Of a DNA stretch of 64,000 nt, positions 47,718 through 58,178 are shown one piece after another; the first letter of the stretch is position 1; each line of letters starts with the position of its first letter. The notes beneath the pieces are model-generated. The model had not been told where the DNA came from. It did no database searches and saw nothing but the letters and a program-made list of their open reading frames with translations. Source of the stretch: a bacterium (GTDB lineage: Bacteria > Desulfobacterota > DSWW01); contig JBFLZG010000103.1 in NCBI GenBank assembly GCA_040756235.1, forward strand, positions 1 through 64,000, written 5' to 3'. Made by a program: the position numbers and the translations under genes.

Positions 47718-50285
47718 TCATCGGCTCATGGCTCCTCTCATGCCCCCCGAGATCAGGGAGGCGATGTTGGTCAAGATCCGAGGAAGCAGGAGGCCGCCCG
47801 GAACGGCCAGATATCTCGGCTCCCAGCGGGGGTCGAACTTCTCCTTGTAACGCCTGAGACCCTGGAAGTTGTAGAAGTGATTGCCATGACTGTAGAGGAA
47901 GGCGCCCAGGCGGTTCCAGAGCGGAGCCAGGGCGGAACGGCTGCCGGCGTCGAGTCCGGAAAGAGGCGCCATGCCGAGGTTGAACCAGGAGTATCCCTGC
48001 TCCTTGCCCCACAGTATGAGCTGAATGAAGAGGTATTCCATGATGTCCGGGGGCGATGCCGGCAGATAGCGCATGAGATCGGGGGAAAGCTCCTGCTTGC
48101 GCGCTCCGCACCAGAGGTTTGCAAACGCCTGGATCTTTCCTGCGAGGCGGACGATGGCCGCGGGATACTGCTTCAGGTATTCCACCCCGAAAAACCCCAG
48201 AGAGAACCGCTTCTCCTGAGTGTTCTTGCTCGCAAGCCAGGCGTCGGACACTTGCCTGAGCTCCGGCAGGAGGCAGGGGACGTTCTCGGACGGAACGACC
48301 TCGAAGGTGCATCCCAGCTTTTCGAACCGGTTGCGGACATGCCGCATGGGCTTCCGGGCGCTTCCCTCCAGGGTAAAAGACTCCAGGGGAACGCGGCCCT
48401 GCTCGCCTATTTTCACCAGAGTGAGTCCGAGATCGAGATACAGGAACAGCCTCTCGACCCCTACCTCGTAGAAGACGGGCCAGCCGCCGTGAAGATCACA
48501 GCGCTCCCGAAAACGCCAGAGGAGCTCAGCGCTTTCCTGCTCGTCCCCGACCGGATCTCCCATGGCGACCCAGCTCCGGCCTTCGACACCGTACATGATG
48601 AAGGCGTTCCGGTTTTCGCTCATCAGAAACAGCTTGTCCCCGAGGAGGGCCAGGTTGGCAGAGGTGTCCGGCGCGGCTGCCACGATCGCGCGGATCTGAC
48701 CGGTCTCTGCCGGCGTCGGCGCCCCGGCTTTGGGTCGGGCGGGCCGCAAGAGCCGGGCGACAGCAAAAAACAGGAGCAAGGCGGCTGCTCCTACCATGGC
48801 ACGGAGGAAGCGGGGAGCATCGCTCGCAAAGGCGAATCTCCACCAGAGATCGTTCGAATACTCGACGTGCTTGTGGGAGAACAAGCCCAGCGAGACCGAT
48901 CCCACCAGGACCATGAAGATCGCGAGCCCCCAAGCCAGGCTGAACGGCTCCCTCAGGAGCGAGGCCTTCCGGTAGAAGGCCCCGCGGCAGGGGAGCAGGG
49001 CCGCGAGCATGACCCCCAGAAGGATCGCCTCTTCATAGTCCAGGCCCTTGAGCAGGGATGCGAGCATCCCTGCGGCCAGCAGTATGGAGGCCAGAAGGTA
49101 AGCTGCATCCAGCCTCAACTGGAGCCCCCGGGAGAGGAGAAGGAGTGCGGCCCCGAATACGCTGCCCAGCAAATGAGAGATCTCTACGACCGGAAGGGGC
49201 AAGAGGTCGCGCAGCCACGCCAGGCGCCCGGGGAGCGCCGGAGTGGCTCCCGAGAACAGCAGGACGGTGCCGGCGGCGAAGGTCGTGAGCGTCAATACCC
49301 TGGGCGCCAATGCCGGCACCCATTGGCCGAAGGCTCGGCCGATCCATCGGTAGCGCTCTCTCCTCTGGACGAATTCGTAGATGGCCAGAAGCAGCGCGGC
49401 CATGCACAGAGGGAGCAGGTAGTAAATGCCCCGGAAGGCGAGCAGGGCGCCCAGCACCGCGGAAGCCGGCAGGCCGCCCGAGGGAAGCAGCAGGACGAGC
49501 ACGGTTTCAAAGACGCCCAGGCCGCCGGGGATCTGGCTGACGAGTCCTGCCACCTGGCCCAGCAGGAAAGCGCTGAGAAACGCAGGATAGGAGAGGCCTG
49601 CGCCAGCGGACAGGAGCGCATAGAGCACGCCTCCTGCGAGGGCCCAGTCCAGGCACGAGACCAGGATCTGCGCGGCGGAAAGCCGCAGGGGAGGGACCGG
49701 GAACTCCCATCCCCTTATGTGAAGCGGCCTGTGCCTAAAAGCGCTCAAAAGGAGATAGCCGGTCAGAAGAAGGAGCAGCAGCACGCCCAGGGGCCGGGTC
49801 GAAGCAAGGGAGAAAGGAAACCAATCCGGCAGGCGCATGGGCTCGACCAGGAAGGCCAGGCCGCCGATGCCGGCCAGACCCAGCCAGAGCGTCAGGCTGT
49901 AAAAGGCTACGACCTGGGCGATCTGCTGGGTCGTCAGGCCCCAGGCCGAATAGAGGCGGAACCTGACCGTGCTGCCGGCTATCATGGCCATGCCCATGTT
50001 GTTGCTGAAGGCGTAGCCCACGAAGGAGGCCAGGGCGATTCGGGGGTAGCTCAGGGGGTGGCGGATGTAGCGGAGTGCGAGGGTATCGTAAACGGTCAGA
50101 ACAAGGTAGTTCAGCAAGGTCAGGCCGAGGGCCAGCAGCATGTTTGGGCCGGGAAGGGCCCTGAGGCTCCGGACGATATCCCGGTAGTGATACTGCTCGA
50201 GCTCTCGGCGCAGGACGACGAGAGCGGCCAGCAGCAGGCAGATGCCCAGCAGCGGCCTGAAGTTGTTCAGGACCCACTTGTTCAC
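47718..50285 (-). CDS. mprF: Bifunctional aminoacyl(lysyl)-phosphatidylglycerol flippase/synthetase
   Basis: PGGLGVFE, MGDPVG, FYEV, EKRFSLG, DLMRY, FNLGMAPLSG, YNFQGLRRYKEKF. Confidence 0.95.
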   Translation of the reverse strand: MNKWVLNNFRPLLGICLLLAALVVLRRELEQYHYRDIVRSLRALPGPNMLLALGLTLLNYLVLTVYDTLALRYIRHPLSYPRIALASFVGYAFSNNMGMAMIAGSTVRFRLYSAWGLTTQQIAQVVAFYSLTLWLGLAGIGGLAFLVEPMRLPDWFPFSLASTRPLGVLLLLLLTGYLLLSAFRHRPLHIRGWEFPVPPLRLSAAQILVSCLDWALAGGVLYALLSAGAGLSYPAFLSAFLLGQVAGLVSQIPGGLGVFETVLVLLLPSGGLPASAVLGALLAFRGIYYLLPLCMAALLLAIYEFVQRRERYRWIGRAFGQWVPALAPRVLTLTTFAAGTVLLFSGATPALPGRLAWLRDLLPLPVVEISHLLGSVFGAALLLLSRGLQLRLDAAYLLASILLAAGMLASLLKGLDYEEAILLGVMLAALLPCRGAFYRKASLLREPFSLAWGLAIFMVLVGSVSLGLFSHKHVEYSNDLWWRFAFASDAPRFLRAMVGAAALLLFFAVARLLRPARPKAGAPTPAETGQIRAIVAAAPDTSANLALLGDKLFLMSENRNAFIMYGVEGRSWVAMGDPVGDEQESAELLWRFRERCDLHGGWPVFYEVGVERLFLYLDLGLTLVKIGEQGRVPLESFTLEGSARKPMRHVRNRFEKLGCTFEVVPSENVPCLLPELRQVSDAWLASKNTQEKRFSLGFFGVEYLKQYPAAIVRLAGKIQAFANLWCGARKQELSPDLMRYLPASPPDIMEYLFIQLILWGKEQGYSWFNLGMAPLSGLDAGSRSALAPLWNRLGAFLYSHGNHFYNFQGLRRYKEKFDPRWEPRYLAVPGGLLLPRILTNIASLISGGMRGAMSR

Positions 50286-50309
50286 GCGGCTGCTCCGCAG
50301 GTTCTATAT

Positions 50310-50555
50310 AGAGCCTGTCCCAAAATGCCCATCTGCTGCGTTGCGCTCATGGCGGCATGGAGGCAGGGGAGCCTGCCCCGGCGCAGGCCGGGGTCCCACT
50401 GGCACTTTTCTGTACGCCTCTTTCCTCGGGATTTGACTCGCGCCGTCCATGGCGCTCGCCCTGCGGGCGCATCATCCTCGCGGATGATGCGCCCAATTCC
50501 GCTGTCCTGCGGAATTGTCGCGCGCCTTGCATCTGGGCATTCTTGAACAGGCTCT
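50310..50555. mobile_element. MITE-like element, family A, long form
   Basis: agagcctgt ... acaggctct ends; colinear with 303-552. Confidence 0.75.
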
Positions 50556-50694
50556 CGAAGTAGAGCTTGTGGGAGAGGTTCTACATGTCACAATGGTCGC
50601 ACAAATTCGGCGTTCAGGTCCACGGTGCTTCTTGTCACAGAGATCTTGTCGCACCTCACGGTGCAGCGACCACACGAAGAAGCGGCATCAAACG

Positions 50695-53217
50695 ATGATG
50701 CTTGGATCCCAAACGTTTTGGAGCCTGGACAGCGCGGCCCTTCTGAACGCGCTGGAAACTTCGCCGCAAGGACTTCCCCGTGAAGCTGCGGAGGAGCGCC
50801 GGCTCCAGTACGGCCCCAACCTGCTCAAGCCCGCGAAGCGCTCAGACACGCTAAGCCTCCTCTTGGCCCAGTTCAAGAGCCCCATCATTCTCCTGCTCCT
50901 TTTTGCGGCAGGTCTCTCCTTCTTTCTCCATGACCGGGGCGATGCGCTCATCATCTCGGGGATCGTCCTGGCGAGCGCCCTGCTGGGCTTCTGGCAAGAG
51001 AAGGGCGCCGCCCGCGCGGTTGGAGGGCTGCTCGCGACCGTGCAGACGAAGTCCGTCGTGCTGCGGGACGGGGCGGAGCAGGAGATTCCGCTGGAGGAAG
51101 TCGTCCCCGGTGATATCGTGGTCCTGTCCGCCGGAGCCGTGGCCCCTGGGGACGGAAGGCTGCTGGAAGCCAGGGATCTGTTCGTGAACGAGGCGAGCCT
51201 CACCGGTGAGACGTTCCCGGTGGAGAAGGCGGTCGCTGTGCTTGCACCGGACACTCCTCTTGTACACAGGACCAATTGCCTTTTCATGGGCACCCACGTG
51301 GTCAGTGGCAGCGGCAAGGCGGTCGTGGTTCAGACAGGTCGGAGGACCGAATTCGGCCAGGTCGCGGGCAGACTGGAGCTGCGTCCGCCCGAGACCGAAT
51401 TCGAGCACGGTATCCGCGCGTTCGGCAATTTCCTGCTGGAAGTCACGCTGGTGCTCGTCATTCTGATCTTCGGGATGAACGTGTACTTTCACCGCTCGGT
51501 CCTCGATTCCTTCCTGTTCGCCTTGGCCCTTGCCGTCGGCCTGACACCCCAGCTCCTGCCTGCCATTATCGGCATCAATCTGGCACATGGGGCCGCGCGC
51601 ATGGCCGGGCAGAAGGTGATCGTCAAGCGGCTTGCCTCGATCGAGAACTTCGGCAGCATGAACGTCCTCTGCTCGGACAAAACCGGCACGCTGACAGAAG
51701 GCCAGGTGGTACTGCAGGGTGCCGTCGACCTGGAGGGCCGCCCGAGTGAGAAGGTCCTCCTCTACGGGTACCTGAACGCCATCTTCGAGACCGGCTTCGT
51801 CAATCCCCTGGACGAGGCGATGCGGGGCGCGGAGCCCGTGGAACTGGGAAAAGTGAGAAAGCTCGACGAGGTTCCCTATGATTTTGTCCGCAAGCGGCTG
51901 AGTATCCTGGTAGAGAAGGACGGCAGAGCGCTCATGATCACCAAAGGCGCGGTCCAGTCCGTGCTGGCAGTGTCCGACTTTGCCGCCGGGGAAGCAGGGC
52001 ATGTGGTGGCACTCGAAAAGGTGCGCGGCCGACTGCAAAATCTCTACGAGAGGGTCAGCCGAGAGGGCCGGCGCACCCTTGGTATCGCGTGTCGTGAGCT
52101 GGAGGGCGCCACCCGCATCACCCGCGAGCAGGAGGCCGGGATGACCTTTCTCGGCTTGCTCGTCTTCTCCGATCGGCCCAAGGCAGGGGTGGAGGATACG
52201 CTCCGCCGGTTGCGGGACCTGGGGATTTCGCTCAAGATCATCACGGGAGACAACCGGCTGGTTGCCGAAGGGGTCAGCCGGGAAGTGGGAATACTCAATC
52301 CGGGCATCCTGACCGGCCCGGAGCTGCGCCGCATGAGCGACGAAGCCCTGATCCTGGCCGCCGGCTCCGTGGACGTGTTTGCCGAGGTGGAGCCGAATCA
52401 GAAGGAACGGATTATCCTGGCCCTGAAAAAGGCCGGGAACGTGGTCGGCTTCATGGGTGACGGGATCAACGATGCCTCGGCGCTCCATGCAGCCGACGTC
52501 GGCATCTCTGTGCAGGGCGCGGTCGACGTGGCCAAGGAGGCCGCAGACGTTGTTCTGCTGGAGAAGGGGCTCGATGTCCTGGACCTGGGGGTCCGGGAAG
52601 GCCGCAAGACATTTGCCAACACGCTCAAATACGTGTTCATGGCCACCAGCGCCAACTTTGGAAACATGTTCAGCATGGCAGGAGCCTCACTTTTTCTGCC
52701 TTTTCTGCCCTTGCTGCCCAAACAGATCCTGTTGACCAACCTGCTCACCGATTTTCCGGAAATGACGATCGCGGGCGACAGCGTGGATCCGGCGATGGTG
52801 GAGAGGCCGCGCCGGTGGAAGATCGAACACATCCGTCGGTTCATGCTGTTCTTCGGCACGCTCAGCTCGGTGTTTGACTACCTGACCTTTGGCATCCTGC
52901 TCCTGGTCTTGAAAGCGACCCCTGGCCAGTTCCGGACCGGGTGGTTTCTGGAGTCGGTCGTCTCCGCCTGCCTCGTCGTCCTGGTCATCCGGACGCGTCA
53001 GCCCATCGTGAAGTGCAGACCGTCTGTGCTTCTTCTTCTGACAACCTGCATGACTCTCGCAGTAGCGACGCTTCTTCCCTATTCCAGATTCGCCGCCCTG
53101 TTCGACTTCGAGCCCCTGGAGCCCCGGTACCTGGTCCTGCTGGGAGGGGTCGTGGTGATCTACATCCTCTGTGCTGAACTGCTGAAGAAGATCTTCTATC
53201 GGCGTGCCGGTGATTGA
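50695..53217 (+). CDS. mgtA: Magnesium-translocating P-type ATPase
   Basis: LTGETFP, AVGLTPQLLP, DKTGT, PYDFVRKR, GDGIND, SANFGNMFS. Confidence 0.93.
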   Translation: MMLGSQTFWSLDSAALLNALETSPQGLPREAAEERRLQYGPNLLKPAKRSDTLSLLLAQFKSPIILLLLFAAGLSFFLHDRGDALIISGIVLASALLGFWQEKGAARAVGGLLATVQTKSVVLRDGAEQEIPLEEVVPGDIVVLSAGAVAPGDGRLLEARDLFVNEASLTGETFPVEKAVAVLAPDTPLVHRTNCLFMGTHVVSGSGKAVVVQTGRRTEFGQVAGRLELRPPETEFEHGIRAFGNFLLEVTLVLVILIFGMNVYFHRSVLDSFLFALALAVGLTPQLLPAIIGINLAHGAARMAGQKVIVKRLASIENFGSMNVLCSDKTGTLTEGQVVLQGAVDLEGRPSEKVLLYGYLNAIFETGFVNPLDEAMRGAEPVELGKVRKLDEVPYDFVRKRLSILVEKDGRALMITKGAVQSVLAVSDFAAGEAGHVVALEKVRGRLQNLYERVSREGRRTLGIACRELEGATRITREQEAGMTFLGLLVFSDRPKAGVEDTLRRLRDLGISLKIITGDNRLVAEGVSREVGILNPGILTGPELRRMSDEALILAAGSVDVFAEVEPNQKERIILALKKAGNVVGFMGDGINDASALHAADVGISVQGAVDVAKEAADVVLLEKGLDVLDLGVREGRKTFANTLKYVFMATSANFGNMFSMAGASLFLPFLPLLPKQILLTNLLTDFPEMTIAGDSVDPAMVERPRRWKIEHIRRFMLFFGTLSSVFDYLTFGILLLVLKATPGQFRTGWFLESVVSACLVVLVIRTRQPIVKCRPSVLLLLTTCMTLAVATLLPYSRFAALFDFEPLEPRYLVLLGGVVVIYILCAELLKKIFYRRAGD

Positions 53218-53266
53218 CCGGCGCGGCTCCGCGGTTGTTCGAAAATTGATTTCGAAAGGCAGTCTG

Positions 53267-53818
53267 GTGACTCTGGAATCAATCGTGGAGAATTATGGAT
53301 ACCTGGCGGTGCTGATCGGCACGTTCTTCGAAGGTGAGACCGTCCTGGTGATGGCGGGCTTTTTGGCCCACCGCGGCTACCTCGACCTGCCCTGGGTCAT
53401 GGCAGCCGCGTTCACCGGCACACTCTTGGGAGATCAGCTGTTCTTCTTTCTCGGCCGCAGGCACAGCCGAATCGTCCTGGCCTGGCGTCCGGGCTGGAAG
53501 TCGCGGATCGGAAGAGTCCAACGGCTCCTGGAGCGCTACCGGACCCTGGCGGTCTTGGGATTCAGGTTCATCTACGGCCTGCGTACGATCCTACCCTTCG
53601 CTATCGGCATGAGCCGGGTGTCTGCCCGCCTGTTCGTGGCGCTCAATGTAGTCGGGGCTCTGGCTTGGGCGATCGTCATCGGGCTGGCAGGCTATTGGTT
53701 CGGGCAAGCCGTGGAAGCCGTCCTCGTTCATGTTGATCATTACGAGCACGAGGTGCTGGCTCTGATCGCGGCTGCGGGGTCGATCGTCTGGCTCCTTCAC
53801 CACCATCGACGCAAATGA
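53267..53818 (+). CDS. DedA family membrane protein
   Basis: YGYLAV..EGETVL, GDQLFFFLGR, FRFIYGLR. Confidence 0.92.
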   Translation: MTLESIVENYGYLAVLIGTFFEGETVLVMAGFLAHRGYLDLPWVMAAAFTGTLLGDQLFFFLGRRHSRIVLAWRPGWKSRIGRVQRLLERYRTLAVLGFRFIYGLRTILPFAIGMSRVSARLFVALNVVGALAWAIVIGLAGYWFGQAVEAVLVHVDHYEHEVLALIAAAGSIVWLLHHHRRK

Positions 53819-53934
53819 GAGCGTCCGGCTTGGGGCAGGGGCGTCCCGGGAACGGCACACGCTCTCAGGTCCGTCCGACTCCGGTCAGGCGGCCCGCCCC
53901 CTCGCGCTTGGCCTGTCGGGCCGGCCCCCTGGAC

Positions 53935-55299
53935 CTATTCGTACAGCTTCTCGATCTTCTTTCCTTTGTAGGTCGAGCGTTCCAGCTCCCCGGGCTCCTG
54001 CCAGAGGATCCGGGGCCGGATCTTCATGCGGGTGTGGAAGGCCTCGAGCAGCTCGGTCTCGAGCTCGCCGAGTCGGTCGGGCGGGAAATCCGGGCCGCGC
54101 TCGATCTTGATCTTGAGAGGCGGCACGACCAGGGGCGGCCTTTCCGTCAGGACGATCCGAAATTCGCCGGTGACCCTGGGTGTGAATTCCTGGAGGAGCC
54201 CGGTGACGGCCGCAGGGTAGACGATCACCCCCTTCACCTTGAGCATGTCGTCGGTCCGCCCCACGATCCGATAACGGAAACCCGACCTGCCGCAGGGGCA
54301 TCGAGACATCGTGACCTCGTGGATGTCGCCGAGGCTGTTGCGCATCCAGGACCACCCGTCCCCCTCGATGTTCGTGAAGACCGCCTCGCCCCGTGCACCG
54401 TCCTCCAGGCGGACCGGCTCCCGGGTGTCCGGGTCCACGAGCTCGTAAATGCACAGATCGTCGCCCAACCAGTGCATGCCCTGGTATTCGGGGTAATCGC
54501 AGGAGGCGCCATAGCCGGCCCCGGCGTCGATCAGACTGGCGCCGAAGCCCTCTTCGAGCCGCCTCCTCAGCTCCGGGACGCCTGCGCCCGGCTCACCGCC
54601 GCAGACGAGCAGCCGGATCCCCAGCGAGCGGGCGTCGCGCCCGAGCTTCTCGGGCGCTTTCTCGATCAGGTAGGAGGCGAGCGACGGAGTGCCGAAGAAC
54701 ACGGTGGGCTTGAAGAACCGGGACATGTGGAAGATCCGGTCCGTGCCCGCTTCCGCGCCCACGGGGATCACCATCGAACCCAGCCTCTGCAGGCCCATGA
54801 GGGTGCCGGTGCCCGCGATGACCATGGAAAGGGCGAAACTGAACAGAATCCTGTCTTCTTTTCGCACCCCGGCCCGCCAAAGACCTCGGCACATCGACTC
54901 GCCCCAGACCTCGTACAGGTCCTTGACGGTCAAAGGGTAGGGGGTCGGCTCGCCGGTCGTTCCGGTGGTGCTGTTCACCAGGACCAGATCGTCGACAGGG
55001 ACGGGCATTTCCTCTTCCATGAGCCGGATCAGGTCGCCTTCGCAAGCCGCGGCGTGCTCGCGATAGGCCTTCTTGTCATAGACCGGGACCAGCCGGGAAA
55101 AATCGTCCAGGCTCCGGATCTTGCGGTCCAGGGTTTCCGCGTCGATGCCGGCACGGGCGAGCCTCTGTCGGTGGTAAGGGGCGTGGGCGATGAGCCGTTG
55201 CATCATGACCTTCAACTTGGCGAGCTGGAGCTTCTTCATTTCCGGGGTGTTCAGGAAAGGCTCCACGTTCATGTTCCAGTAGGGTCTGTCGGGGGGCAT
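53935..55299 (-). CDS. Phenylacetate-CoA ligase (PaaK)-family protein
   Basis: STTGTTGEP, GTPSLA, GGEPG, CPCGR, GRTDDMLKVKGV; RBS aggagg. Confidence 0.88.
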   Translation of the reverse strand: MPPDRPYWNMNVEPFLNTPEMKKLQLAKLKVMMQRLIAHAPYHRQRLARAGIDAETLDRKIRSLDDFSRLVPVYDKKAYREHAAACEGDLIRLMEEEMPVPVDDLVLVNSTTGTTGEPTPYPLTVKDLYEVWGESMCRGLWRAGVRKEDRILFSFALSMVIAGTGTLMGLQRLGSMVIPVGAEAGTDRIFHMSRFFKPTVFFGTPSLASYLIEKAPEKLGRDARSLGIRLLVCGGEPGAGVPELRRRLEEGFGASLIDAGAGYGASCDYPEYQGMHWLGDDLCIYELVDPDTREPVRLEDGARGEAVFTNIEGDGWSWMRNSLGDIHEVTMSRCPCGRSGFRYRIVGRTDDMLKVKGVIVYPAAVTGLLQEFTPRVTGEFRIVLTERPPLVVPPLKIKIERGPDFPPDRLGELETELLEAFHTRMKIRPRILWQEPGELERSTYKGKKIEKLYE

Positions 55300-55543
55300 G
55301 GGCAACCTCCTGTCCTGCGATCTGTCCGGAGACGGCAAGCTGCAGCATACTGTGAGTCTTATAGCACAAGGCGTATGCCTGGTGAATGCTCCTCTCGAGA
55401 CGCTCGTCTGCGCGAGGGCTCATGCCGAAAAGGCTTGCTTTCGGCGCGGATCTGGTACAGAAGAAGAGGGGAAGACGGTCGACCGGGCGGAAGCGGATCC
55501 GCCCCATGCTCCTTCTCCCTCACCTTCCCGGGACGGCCGGCGT

Positions 55544-56356
55544 ATGGTCGTGGTCGGCAGACATCAGATCGTCGCCATCGGTGACTCGCTGACTGCGGGC
55601 TGGCAGCAGGGGTTCGCAGAATACGCCCCGTTCGAAAGCCGCGAGTCGCGGCGGCTCCTCGCCACTTCGTATCCCTACCGGCTCGGACAAATGCTCTCCC
55701 GCCAGGAGGACGGCGATCTCATCCTCAACCTCGGCAGGAGCGGGAGCAGCACCCGCGACTGGACACCCGGGGCGGTCTGGAGGAAGAGAGGCGACCGGAG
55801 CTTTCCTCTCAACGGCAGGCCCCTGGACGAGATCCTCGCTTTCACGACCCCGCCCAAGATATGCCTCGTCCTCCTCGGATCGAACGATATCCTTCAATCC
55901 TCCCTCCCGGGTGTCCTCTCGCGGGCCATGGGGGGAGTGTCCGGGTACGAGAAGAAAGGGTTTCTCCAGAGCAAGGAGAATCTCCTCTCCTTCCTTCGAG
56001 CCGTCGGTCAAAAAGGAACCCTCACGCTCCTGGCAAAGATCCCTCCGATTCACTACCGGGGCGGTCTGGCCCCGTTCGGGATCGATCGGGTCTTTTTCGA
56101 CAACCCCAAGGCTGAGCGGGAATTCGCCGCCCGTACCGAAATGGTCAACGCGAAGATCGAAGAGATCTGGAAGGCGCCGCCGGCAGGCCTGAGGCCGGGT
56201 CCGGATCTTTTTGCCGTGCTGGAAGGGGCGACGCACGTCTGGTCGCAGGATCGCCTGCACCCGAGCTCCAAGGGCTACAGGCGGATCGCCGAGGCCTGGG
56301 CATCGGTGCTGGAGGCGGAGGAGGTCGTCATTCGGCTGGAAGCTCGAAGTGCGTAA
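55544..56356 (+). CDS. SGNH/GDSL hydrolase; start uncertain
   Basis: IGDSLT, NLGRSG, LGSND, DRLHP. Confidence 0.88.
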   Translation: MVVVGRHQIVAIGDSLTAGWQQGFAEYAPFESRESRRLLATSYPYRLGQMLSRQEDGDLILNLGRSGSSTRDWTPGAVWRKRGDRSFPLNGRPLDEILAFTTPPKICLVLLGSNDILQSSLPGVLSRAMGGVSGYEKKGFLQSKENLLSFLRAVGQKGTLTLLAKIPPIHYRGGLAPFGIDRVFFDNPKAEREFAARTEMVNAKIEEIWKAPPAGLRPGPDLFAVLEGATHVWSQDRLHPSSKGYRRIAEAWASVLEAEEVVIRLEARSA

Positions 56357-56390
56357 GCGACCGTTCGCTTGCGCAAAGGAGGATTGGACC

Positions 56391-58178
56391 ATGGAATCTC
56401 GCCCGGGTGCGGCGGCCCTGCGCCGTCTGCTGCATGCACGGACCCGGCCGGCCTCGGCTCTTCTCGCACTGGCGGCTCTCGGGTGGACGATGACCTTGCT
56501 GCCGGCCGGGTGCGGCGACGGAGACGCTCCGGCGTCCGCGTCCTCGGGATCGGCTTCGGCCTGGACGGGCGATCCGGTCGTCAGCACCCGCTACGGGGCC
56601 GTCAGGGGGCTGGAGGACCGGGCCGACACGTGGGTCTGGCCGGCCATTCCTTTTGCCAGACCGCCCGTCGGAGCGCTGCGCTGGAAAGCGCCCCTGGAGC
56701 CGGAAAGCTGGGAGGGCGTCCGGGAAACACACCGCTTCGCGAGCGCCTGCACACAATACCTGCCCGTCGGCGACGGGCTCATCGGCTGTGAAGACTGCCT
56801 CTATTTGAACGTCTGGCGGCCCAGGACCGGCGAGAGAAAGCTTCCGGTCTACTTCTGGATACACGGCGGCGGCAACTGCGTCGGTTCCGCGGTGGTGGCC
56901 GACGACTACAACGGCGCCAACCTGGCCGATCGATCCAACCTGGTCGTGGTCAGCATGAACTACAGGCTCGGCCCCATGGGTTGGCTGACGCATCCGGCCC
57001 TCCGGTCGGGTGCGCCCGGGGGGGAGCTGGACGATTCGGGCAACTACGGCACGCTGGATCTGATCCGGGCCCTTACATGGGTGCGGGACAACATCCAGGC
57101 GTTCGGGGGCGACCCGGAGCGGGTGATGATCGTCGGCGAGTCGGCCGGCGCCATCAACGTCCTTTCCCTGCTCGTGTCGCCGCCTGCGGCAGGCCTGTTC
57201 CACAAGGCGATGGCCGAGAGCGGGGGCCCCTTCACGAGCTCGGTGGAGGAAGGAGAGCAGGGTGCGCACGACCTGATCCTGAGGCTCCTGATCCGGGACG
57301 GGCTCGCGACCGACACGGCCGAGGCGGAGGCGCGCTTGCGCGGAATGTCGCCGGCGGAGATCGAATCCTACCTGCGCTCGAAGACCGAGGACGAGATCAT
57401 GAGGGGGTATGAAGCCGTGGCGTTCGGCATGCTCGATCTGCCCTATTTGTTCGAAGATGGCGTCGTCCTCCCCAGGGAGGGGTTCCAGGCACTGGAGACG
57501 GGGGCCTACCCCAACAAGGTGCCGGTCATCGTGGGAAGTAACAAGGAGGAGCTGAAGCTGTTCCTGTTTGCCGACCCTTTCTTCGAAGGGAAGGACGATC
57601 TCTACCAGGTCGTGGCGTATTACGGGAGTGACACGTGGAAGGCCTTCGGCGTCGACGAGATCGCCCGGAGCCTGCGCTCCAACGCGGACCAGCCGGAGGT
57701 CCGTGCGTATCAGTTCCTCTGGGGGGCGGGCGGAGAAACGGGCGAGAGCGAGCTGCCGGATCCGTGGGGGTTCAGGCTGGGCTGTTTCCACGCTCTCGAG
57801 GTCCCTTTCTTCTTCGGCAACGAGAGCCTCTTCGGCTTTTTGCAGCTCCTGCTCTTCACCGAGGAAAACCGCCCGGGCAGGGAGGCGCTCACCTCTGCCA
57901 TGATGCGATACGTCGCCCGGTTCGCCCATACGGGCGACCCCAATGACGAGTCCTCCGGCCTGCCCGAGTGGGCCCCGTGGAGCAACGAGGAGGGCGGGCC
58001 AAAGTGCATTCTCTTCGACGTGGATGAAAGCCAGCAGATCGACGTCCGGATGTCGGCCGTGGAGTTGACCCAGTCCGGGGTCCGGGAGAGGATGGGTGCC
58101 GAGGTTCCGGAGCCTCTGTACTCCCAAGCCGTGGACTACCTGGAGGGGTTCTGGCTGGGTTCCGCCCCCGGTCAGTAA
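56391..58178 (+). CDS. Type B carboxylesterase, probable lipoprotein
   Basis: LPAGC lipobox-like, EDCLYLN, WIHGGG, GESAG, HALEVPF; paralog of 35558-37414. Confidence 0.92.
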   Translation: MESRPGAAALRRLLHARTRPASALLALAALGWTMTLLPAGCGDGDAPASASSGSASAWTGDPVVSTRYGAVRGLEDRADTWVWPAIPFARPPVGALRWKAPLEPESWEGVRETHRFASACTQYLPVGDGLIGCEDCLYLNVWRPRTGERKLPVYFWIHGGGNCVGSAVVADDYNGANLADRSNLVVVSMNYRLGPMGWLTHPALRSGAPGGELDDSGNYGTLDLIRALTWVRDNIQAFGGDPERVMIVGESAGAINVLSLLVSPPAAGLFHKAMAESGGPFTSSVEEGEQGAHDLILRLLIRDGLATDTAEAEARLRGMSPAEIESYLRSKTEDEIMRGYEAVAFGMLDLPYLFEDGVVLPREGFQALETGAYPNKVPVIVGSNKEELKLFLFADPFFEGKDDLYQVVAYYGSDTWKAFGVDEIARSLRSNADQPEVRAYQFLWGAGGETGESELPDPWGFRLGCFHALEVPFFFGNESLFGFLQLLLFTEENRPGREALTSAMMRYVARFAHTGDPNDESSGLPEWAPWSNEEGGPKCILFDVDESQQIDVRMSAVELTQSGVRERMGAEVPEPLYSQAVDYLEGFWLGSAPGQ

